64,000 nucleotides of DNA, taken from Candidatus Heimdallarchaeum endolithica (GTDB lineage Archaea > Asgardarchaeota > Heimdallarchaeia > Heimdallarchaeales > Heimdallarchaeaceae). Position numbers and translations under genes: made by a program. Shown in pieces: positions 57,045-64,000 of this stretch. The stretch is from assembly GCA_021513715.1 (NCBI GenBank), contig CP084167.1, positions 3,072,001-3,136,000 of the forward strand, written 5' to 3'. The notes beneath the pieces are model-generated. The model had not been told where the DNA came from, did no database searches, and saw only the letters and a program-made list of their open reading frames with translations. Every line of letters begins with the position of its first letter. The first letter of the stretch is position 1.

Positions 57045-58232
57045 ATGATGAAACCAATAGTTAAAGGAATGACAGGAGATGAAGCTGTCGCTTGGGCAGC
57101 AAAGCAAATAAATCCTGATGTAGTAGCAGCTTACCCAATTACCCCGCAAACAATAATCGTTGAAAGATTCTCCGATTATGTAAATGATGGGCTTGTTGAT
57201 ACCTCTTTTGTTCCAGTAGAGTCAGAACACTCTGCTATGTCTGCTTGTGTAGGAGCTTCAGCGACTGGAGCAAGAGTGTTTACAGCAACAGCTTCTGCAG
57301 GTTTAGCACTGATGTATGAAATTCTTTATGTTGCATCAGGAATGAGATTGCCTATTGTTCTTGCAGTAGCAAATAGAGCTTTTTCAGCTCCTATAAACAT
57401 TCATGCAGAATGTACAGATCAATTAGTAACAAGAGATGCATCATGGGTTTCTCTATTTGGAGAATCAGCACAAGAAGCCTATGATGAAACAATTATGTCT
57501 TTCAAGATTGCAGAGAATCCAAAGGTACTACTTCCAACAATGTTTGGTGTAGAAGGATTTATTGTTACACATGCTTTAGAAAGAGTTGATACTCTTCCAG
57601 ATAAAGCAATAAAAGATTTTCTGCCAGAAAAAAGAGAAGTTGAATACTCCTTTACTCCAGATGAAATTAGAACATTTGGGTCTTTAGTCTTACAAGACTA
57701 TTATATGGAAATAAAAAGGCAACAAGAAGATGCAATGCAAGAAGCTTATAAAGTAACTAAAAAAGTAATGAGTGAGTATTCTGAATTAACAGGAAGAAAT
57801 TATGAAATTATTGAAAAGTATAAACTTGAAGACGCAGATTATGCTTTTGTATCATATGGAGCAACAGCAGGTAATGCTAAAGCTGTAGTAGATAATCTGA
57901 GAGAAAAAGGAGAAAAAGTAGGTAGTCTAAAAATAAGAATGTATAGACCATTTCCAGCACCAGACATCTATGATGCATTGAAAGGAATAAAAGCAGTATC
58001 AATTTTAGATAGATCAGCTACTTTTGGTTCTCCAGGAACAATTGTTCAATCAGATCTTGCAACTGCTCTATTCGGAAAGAAAGATGTGCCAACACTACAT
58101 GGATACATAAACGGTCTTGGAGGAAGAGTACTAACCATTCCAGAAATTGAACAAATTTACATGAAAACAAAGGCATACCACGACGAAGGAAAAGTACTAA
58201 CTACAGAATGGTTTGGATATAGGAAAAGGTGA
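57045..58232 (+). CDS. porA: 2-oxoacid:ferredoxin oxidoreductase alpha subunit
   Basis: AYPITPQT, ESEHSA, RPFP, GLGGR. Confidence 0.93.
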   Translation: MMKPIVKGMTGDEAVAWAAKQINPDVVAAYPITPQTIIVERFSDYVNDGLVDTSFVPVESEHSAMSACVGASATGARVFTATASAGLALMYEILYVASGMRLPIVLAVANRAFSAPINIHAECTDQLVTRDASWVSLFGESAQEAYDETIMSFKIAENPKVLLPTMFGVEGFIVTHALERVDTLPDKAIKDFLPEKREVEYSFTPDEIRTFGSLVLQDYYMEIKRQQEDAMQEAYKVTKKVMSEYSELTGRNYEIIEKYKLEDADYAFVSYGATAGNAKAVVDNLREKGEKVGSLKIRMYRPFPAPDIYDALKGIKAVSILDRSATFGSPGTIVQSDLATALFGKKDVPTLHGYINGLGGRVLTIPEIEQIYMKTKAYHDEGKVLTTEWFGYRKR

Positions 58233-59203
58233 TTATGATGATAGAACTACCAAGAATTAAATTAAAAGAAATAGCAAAACAAGACAATGTTCTTGTCTCT
58301 GGACATAGATTATGCGCAGGATGTGGAGCTGGAATAATGGCTAGACAAGTGACTCTAGCAGCTAAAGCTCTAGGAGAACCTTTCATGATTGTAAATGCTA
58401 CAGGTTGTTTAGAAGTAGCAACTACTATCTATCCATTCAGCGCATGGAACGCTCCTTGGTTACATAACGCTTTTGAAAACGCATCTGCAACAGCTTCAGG
58501 AGCTCTCGCTGCCATGGAAGCTATGCAGAGAAAAGGACTGATGAAAGAAGAAAAAGTAAACATGATTATCTTTGGTGGAGATGGAGGAACTTACGATATA
58601 GGACTTCAATCTCTTTCTGGAGCAATTGAGAGAGGACATGATTTCTTATATGTATGTTACAATAATGGAGCTTACATGAATACGGGAATACAAAGAAGCG
58701 GTGGAACTCCTCAATGTGCAATAACCACAACAAGCCCAGCAGGAAAAGTTATCCCAGGAAAAATAAAATGGCAAAAACCTCTCGCTGAAATTATGGCTGC
58801 ACATGATATACCAACCTTTACTGCTAGCCCATTCTATCACAGAGATTTGATGCAGAAAGTTCAAGCAGGACTAAAGCATGATGGCCCAGCATTTTTGCTA
58901 GTTGATTCTCCATGTAATTTAGGGCAAAGATACGCACCTAATATCTCTCTTAAAACAACAGAATTAGCAGTAAAAAGTTGTTTCTTCCCATTATATTCAA
59001 CTTACAAGGATGAATGGGTATTAACTAGCGAATCATTAAAGATTGCAAAGAACCCTGAAAAGAAAGTTCCAGTTGAAGAATATCTCAAACTACAAGGAAG
59101 ATTTAAACATCTTTTCAAACCCGAGTGGAAAGGAAAGATAAAAGAGATTCAAGAACAAGTAGACGAGAGATGGGAAAGACTGCTAAAGAAAGCAGGATTC
59201 TAA
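58229..59203 (+). CDS. porB: 2-oxoacid:ferredoxin oxidoreductase beta subunit
   Basis: CAGC, TGCLE, GGDG (TPP), YMNTGIQRS. Confidence 0.93.
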   Translation: MIMMIELPRIKLKEIAKQDNVLVSGHRLCAGCGAGIMARQVTLAAKALGEPFMIVNATGCLEVATTIYPFSAWNAPWLHNAFENASATASGALAAMEAMQRKGLMKEEKVNMIIFGGDGGTYDIGLQSLSGAIERGHDFLYVCYNNGAYMNTGIQRSGGTPQCAITTTSPAGKVIPGKIKWQKPLAEIMAAHDIPTFTASPFYHRDLMQKVQAGLKHDGPAFLLVDSPCNLGQRYAPNISLKTTELAVKSCFFPLYSTYKDEWVLTSESLKIAKNPEKKVPVEEYLKLQGRFKHLFKPEWKGKIKEIQEQVDERWERLLKKAGF

Positions 59204-59266
59204 AATTATTTTTTCTTTTCTTTTCTTTTTCCAATATATTTAAATTGTCTTTTATAAAGTGTTATT

Positions 59267-61081
59267 GTGGATTCTAAAAAAGAAATAGATATTAAAAAGC
59301 AATTAGGTGCCTTCTATACTCCTCAACCAATAGTTGACTTTATGGTTTCTAGAGCTTTTGATTTTTTAGAAAAAAAGAAAAAAATTAGCCTAAAATCAAA
59401 AAAGCAATTCACTGATTCTTTATTTTCTTTAAAAATTTTGGATCCTGCTGTTGGAACTGGAAGATTCATTGAAGGAATAATAAGAAACATAAAATATAAT
59501 CTAAAGAAACTCGGATTTGAAACTAAACATAAAGAAGAACTAATAGCAGAATTTGTTTCTAATAATTTATTTGGGATAGAGATCGATTTACAAGCTTTGA
59601 AAAAATGTAAAAGTAATTTGACTATAAAATATCCTTTTCTCAAAGAATCTCACTTGAAGCAACTAAAAACAGGTAATTCTTTAGTAGAGCCAGATATATA
59701 CAAAATGTTTGAAGATGAAAACTCTTCTCTTCTTTCTCCTTTTTCTTGGAAAGAAGAATTTCAAAACACCAAGTTTGATTTAATAATTGGTAACCCTCCT
59801 TATTTTAGTTTTAGAAAGTTAGGATTAGAGAAAATAGAAAATCGATTATTATACAACTATTTGAAAAGATCAGACTATTGGAAAGATTACTTTCGTTCTT
59901 CTGCAGATATATACTTCTACTTTATTGTAAAATCTCTAAATCATCTAGAAAGAAAAGGAGTTTTATCTTTTATTATCCCAAGTTACTGGATAACTAACCA
60001 TTTTGCTGATAAACTACGAGAAAAATTACTTAACTATAAAATTCTAGAAATTATAGATTTTCAAAACCAACAGGTATTTGGTAATGCTGGAAAGAGGATA
60101 AATGTTTCTTCTACCATCTTGAATGTTGTTAATGAAGTCCCCTCAAATTCTATTTTTTCAGTATATAAGTTTAAGAAAATTAGACCCTTAAGTTTGAATG
60201 AAGTCTTCCAAAAAGAAAAATTTGATGAGTTTAAAGTTTCTCAATCCTCTCTAACTAGAGAAAAATGGGTTCTATCTCCAAATCAGATTAAACTTAACAA
60301 AATTGTAGAAAATAGCTCAGAAGGGAAAAAGTTATCTGAAATAGCGACAATTGCACAAGGTGTATCTCCTGGAGTAAAAAACATATTTGTAATGACTATA
60401 ATTGAAGCTAAAAAAATGAAATTGGAAAAAGAGATCCTTTATCCTTTCATTACTAACAAGCATATTTCAAAATGGACTTCTGCTTCTTCAAATCTTGTAA
60501 CTATATTTCCGAAGAAAATAACTAGTTTAGAAGAATATCCTTTTACTAAAGCTTATTTAGAAAAAAATAGAGAAATATTGATTAATGGCTCAGATAGGAA
60601 AAAACTTGTTGGAAAAAATAAAATTAGGTGGTTTGATTTCAGTGTTTATAGGAATATTAATCTTTTTTTGAAGGAAAGAGAAAAAATACTTACTCCCTAC
60701 AGAAGTAAAAGAGTAAGTTTCGCTTATGACAATGAAGGTCTTCTTGGTTCAACAGATATTTACGCTATTTTTCCAAAGAAAAAAGAACTGCTCTTTTATC
60801 TTTTAGGTGTTCTAAATAGTAAGGTTTCTGAATTTTGGTTTAAAGAAGCAGGAAAGAAAAAAGGAACTGTAATTGAGTTCTTTTCAAGAGATCTTGCGAA
60901 ATTCCCTATTCCTCCAATGAAAAATGAAAAAAAAATAACAGAAGTTGTTAAACGAATAATACATTGTAATATTAAAAGTGAATATAGGGCTGTTGAGGAA
61001 CTAGAGAAAGAATTGAACTATTTAGTTTTAGATGAATATAATCTAGAGCAAAGTTTCTTATCCGATTTTTCTTTTTCTTAA
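59267..61081 (+). CDS. N6-adenine DNA methyltransferase (TaqI/Eco57I-like, gamma class) with C-terminal TRD; no cognate endonuclease adjacent
   Basis: GAFYTP, ILDPAVGTGRF, IIGNPPY, YLLGVLNS. Confidence 0.88.
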   Translation: MDSKKEIDIKKQLGAFYTPQPIVDFMVSRAFDFLEKKKKISLKSKKQFTDSLFSLKILDPAVGTGRFIEGIIRNIKYNLKKLGFETKHKEELIAEFVSNNLFGIEIDLQALKKCKSNLTIKYPFLKESHLKQLKTGNSLVEPDIYKMFEDENSSLLSPFSWKEEFQNTKFDLIIGNPPYFSFRKLGLEKIENRLLYNYLKRSDYWKDYFRSSADIYFYFIVKSLNHLERKGVLSFIIPSYWITNHFADKLREKLLNYKILEIIDFQNQQVFGNAGKRINVSSTILNVVNEVPSNSIFSVYKFKKIRPLSLNEVFQKEKFDEFKVSQSSLTREKWVLSPNQIKLNKIVENSSEGKKLSEIATIAQGVSPGVKNIFVMTIIEAKKMKLEKEILYPFITNKHISKWTSASSNLVTIFPKKITSLEEYPFTKAYLEKNREILINGSDRKKLVGKNKIRWFDFSVYRNINLFLKEREKILTPYRSKRVSFAYDNEGLLGSTDIYAIFPKKKELLFYLLGVLNSKVSEFWFKEAGKKKGTVIEFFSRDLAKFPIPPMKNEKKITEVVKRIIHCNIKSEYRAVEELEKELNYLVLDEYNLEQSFLSDFSFS

Positions 61082-62497
61082 TTTTTTTTTGGTAATATAG
61101 AGGAAAATTAGAGAGCTTGATATGCTTAAGAAATAAAATGGAGTTGAAGTTGTTTCTTTTTTACCCTCTGGAAAAGGATCGTAAGAGTGAGCTGAACCAT
61201 CTATAGAGTAAACACCTTCTTTTTCGTAATCTGACCAATAGTTCCCCTTTTTAGTTTCTTTATCATACCAAATATTATTTTGTCCTTCGTCATAAGCTTG
61301 ACTGTTTCCTAGAAAGTTATTATTAATGAACAAATTGTGGTGAACTGAAACTAGACTACTATTCGATTTGAGAAGAATAGCATAGTTAATATTTTGCTCA
61401 AAAGTGTTGTAAACTATGGAACAATTAAATGAGTCATCAATTTCTATTCCATAATAATTCCTAAAAAATAAATTATCACATAAGTAAATGTTTGAAGAAA
61501 AATAGATATTAATAGCTGTTTTTGATGAATAAGAAATAATATTCTTATCAAATATAACATTTTCAGATTTGGAAATAATAATGGATTCTTGATGTGTACT
61601 CTTCAAAGTAGAATTACTAATAATAATATCCTCAGAATTGTAGATATAGATTCCAGTGTCTGATTCTGTTACATTCAAATTAGTAATTGTTAGGTTAAAA
61701 CAATTAACAATCATCAAGAAACCTAAGTCTCCTGAGATAATTTCTCCTTTTTTATCAATATTGATAGATATTGGTAATCCATTTATCAAATTATTAGAAA
61801 AGAAACAAGAATTGTACATTTCTGTCTCTTGTTCATAAAAGAAAACAATGTCATGTGACAAATAGTTCGAACTAAAATTTGAAAAATAAGAAAATACAGA
61901 ATAGATTCCATTTCCTAAATTGTCTTCTATCACATTTTTATGCATTGTTGAGTAGTTTGCTACATCCAAGAAAATTCCATGTCCTCCGTTTTTTCTAATA
62001 TGGTTTGAGGAGATAGTAGTAAAATGTGAAGAAGAAATCTTAATTCCTGAATTCTTATGGTTTTCAATAGTATTATTCTCGATTATAGATGAATCAGTAT
62101 AAAGTATCTCTATTCCATAATTTGATTGAACAATAGTGTTATTCTTGATAACAGCTGTACCATTTGCAACAAAAGAAATGTAAATTGCACTTCTTCTTTG
62201 ACCAGCATTAATGAAACAATTTTGAATAACAAAATAGACGCTAGTTCCCTTGATATAAATACCATATAAATATGGAGTACTAATTGAATAGTTTTCTATT
62301 CGATAAGGATTTTCCTTTGTTCCGTTACCAGGAAAAAGAGAAAATTGTTCATTTGAAGAGATAATGATAGGATCATGCTTTTTAAGATTAGAAAAACTTT
62401 GCTTTTTATTTTCTTCAGGAAAGCTTTCAACACTAATTATTGAACTTAAAAAAATTATCTCGAGTAAAAAAATAAGTAAAATTAATTTATTTTTCAA
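61058..62497 (-). CDS. Right-handed beta-helix (NosD-like) surface protein with a C-terminal anchor
   Basis: GNGTKENPYRIEN, GI.I....N..I.NN repeats, GNYWSDY, TPF + TM + basic tail. Likely TTG start at 62497 after GGAGG. Confidence 0.85.
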   Translation of the reverse strand: MKNKLILLIFLLEIIFLSSIISVESFPEENKKQSFSNLKKHDPIIISSNEQFSLFPGNGTKENPYRIENYSISTPYLYGIYIKGTSVYFVIQNCFINAGQRRSAIYISFVANGTAVIKNNTIVQSNYGIEILYTDSSIIENNTIENHKNSGIKISSSHFTTISSNHIRKNGGHGIFLDVANYSTMHKNVIEDNLGNGIYSVFSYFSNFSSNYLSHDIVFFYEQETEMYNSCFFSNNLINGLPISINIDKKGEIISGDLGFLMIVNCFNLTITNLNVTESDTGIYIYNSEDIIISNSTLKSTHQESIIISKSENVIFDKNIISYSSKTAINIYFSSNIYLCDNLFFRNYYGIEIDDSFNCSIVYNTFEQNINYAILLKSNSSLVSVHHNLFINNNFLGNSQAYDEGQNNIWYDKETKKGNYWSDYEKEGVYSIDGSAHSYDPFPEGKKETTSTPFYFLSISSSLIFLYITKKKLRKRKIG

Positions 62498-63300
62498 ACA
62501 AATCCTCCACAAAGCCTCCATTCATTATACCCTGCTAAGTAGACTCGAACATGCTTATAACCTATACTTTTTAGTACTAAATAAACTAAAGCTGATTGTG
62601 CTGCATTTTCACAATAAAGAACAACAGTCTTATTTTTTGTAATATCTAGTTGCACTAAATCATAGAGTATTTCCTCTTCTTTTTTGAGTACAAAAAAATC
62701 AGGATGTTCTTCAAACAAATCCATCCACCAGTAAAATTTAGATCCAGGAATAGATCCTCCTTGGGAGTCCATTGTTCTAGAAAATTCAGAACGATTGTCA
62801 ACGAAAACATAGTTTTCATTATAGATGTTAAGCATTATTTCGTCTCTAGTAATGAAAATCTCTTCATTAGAATTCTTGATTTTAATATTTCCAGGGTTAA
62901 TTTCTGGTGTCTCTTTAGTTAATTTTTTTCCTTCATAAATCCATTTTTGTAAAGCTCCATCAATTAGTGAAATACTTGAGATTCCATAGTAGTGTAATGT
63001 CCAAGCAGCTAAAGAACAGTTTAAATTAAAGACATCATCAATCAGATAAATATAGTCATGTTCGTTAACTCCAGCTTGTTGAAGAGTCTGTTCAACTATC
63101 TTTTTAGGTGGAATTTCATTATAACCTTCGATATTTTTCCAAGAAAAAATGGAACTATCAATAAACACAGAGTTAGCTATGTGTCCTTCTTCATATTTTG
63201 AAAACTCTCTTAAATCAAGTATCTTATGCTTGTTTTGTTTAGTTTGTTCTTCGAACTTTTTTGTGGAGATGAAAATAGCTTTGGGATTTTGGTTCATCAT
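62494..63300 (-). CDS. Tandem-domain rhodanese/sulfurtransferase
   Basis: LDLR...YEEGHI, DNRS, IPGS, active-site LYCE, YLAGYNEW. Confidence 0.88.
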   Translation of the reverse strand: MMNQNPKAIFISTKKFEEQTKQNKHKILDLREFSKYEEGHIANSVFIDSSIFSWKNIEGYNEIPPKKIVEQTLQQAGVNEHDYIYLIDDVFNLNCSLAAWTLHYYGISSISLIDGALQKWIYEGKKLTKETPEINPGNIKIKNSNEEIFITRDEIMLNIYNENYVFVDNRSEFSRTMDSQGGSIPGSKFYWWMDLFEEHPDFFVLKKEEEILYDLVQLDITKNKTVVLYCENAAQSALVYLVLKSIGYKHVRVYLAGYNEWRLCGGFV

Positions 63301-63348
63301 GTTTATTTCACATAGCTAAATAATAATTTTTCTTTAGTCTCATTGGTT

Positions 63349-63999
63349 TTAATTTACTTTAGCTAAAGTTCCGACAAAAATAAGCGGAAGAGAGATAGTG
63401 ACATCAGCGACAACAGTAACCATTTTACTTTTAGAAGATGTTTTTCCCCAAGAAATAGCTTCATCAAGTGAAGCTCCAGAAAGTCCACCTGTTTCTACTC
63501 TGTCCATTGTTATCTGTATTGCGTAATCGTAGGTTTTAGGAGACATTAATCTAGATTGGAAAATGTAATTCTTAGGAACTCCACCACCTAGAAATAAAGT
63601 TCCTGCTTTCTCTGCATCACGAGCTATCTGTTGAATCTTAGAAAGATCTTCCATATCGTCTATTAATATCTTATTCATTTGAGAGAAAAGCCAAGTCTGT
63701 AAACCCAATACACTATCTCCGTAAGCAGGAATAAAAATAGGCACATTATTCTCATAGGCTGCTCGAACAAAAGAGTGTTTGTCAGAAATCCTTTCTCCAA
63801 TGTAGTTCATTAACTGATATGTAGAAATAATTAATTGGTTATTCTCATTTTTGTATTTAGAATAAATATCTTGTAGAATTGGTTGTATATGATCTTCAAA
63901 ATTCATAAACGATTCATCAGAAACAAAAGCGTCATAAATACGGTCAATTGATTTTTGACGTAATTCTTCATCTGAGGAATAATTTATTCCTTTTACATG
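63349..63999 (-). CDS. dys: Deoxyhypusine synthase (3' part; gene begins beyond the window end)
   Basis: Open frame to the window end (…IDRIYDAFV…), GGGVPKN, GGLSGA..EAISWGK. Confidence 0.92.
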   Translation of the reverse strand, partial: HVKGINYSSDEELRQKSIDRIYDAFVSDESFMNFEDHIQPILQDIYSKYKNENNQLIISTYQLMNYIGERISDKHSFVRAAYENNVPIFIPAYGDSVLGLQTWLFSQMNKILIDDMEDLSKIQQIARDAEKAGTLFLGGGVPKNYIFQSRLMSPKTYDYAIQITMDRVETGGLSGASLDEAISWGKTSSKSKMVTVVADVTISLPLIFVGTLAKVN

Positions 64000-64000
64000 T

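Noticed and set aside
6471-62922. Numerous short antisense/overlapping ORFs in the track (e.g. 6471, 13489, 21254, 22152, 26427, 33237, 53800, 59323)
   Set aside because: They are shadow frames of well-supported genes, with low-complexity Ser/Phe/Leu translations and no motifs.
1-64000. tRNA/rRNA genes
   Set aside because: No GC-rich structured intergenic segments or tRNA T-loop/acceptor patterns were seen; a tRNAscan-SE/Infernal run would be definitive.

Overview
AT-rich (roughly 30% GC by eye) archaeal chromosomal segment, most likely from an Asgard archaeon (Heimdallarchaeia-like). This is inferred from archaeal housekeeping genes (MCM, GINS, Hel308, NurA/HerA, CarS, RIO2, LSm, Por/Ior, deoxyhypusine synthase) occurring together with eukaryotic-signature genes (a Rab-like GTPase and a Vps22/Vps36-like ESCRT-II protein). 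The window is mostly core genome. Notable items: (1) a decayed 1018-bp IS481-family element with a 17-bp target duplication that splits a membrane-protein gene; (2) two paralogous surface proteins, one with Ig-like domains inserted into the shared domain; (3) an operon resembling a heavily degenerate complex I membrane arm (NuoJ/K/L-tail/N-like, lacking the proton-pumping Glu/Lys) followed by a long-chain prenyl synthase; (4) tandem inositol-3-phosphate synthases, one with an altered active site; (5) a 2162-aa receptor-like protein (FG-GAP region, about 50 Ca-binding repeats, TM helix, cytoplasmic PCI-like tail); (6) a Cys-rich protein / pseudo-KaiC ATPase / Rab-like GTPase cluster; (7) an MCM mini-intein; (8) an orphan adenine methyltransferase. 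I found no rRNA, tRNA or CRISPR array. All calls are from motif reading by eye, with no database searches.
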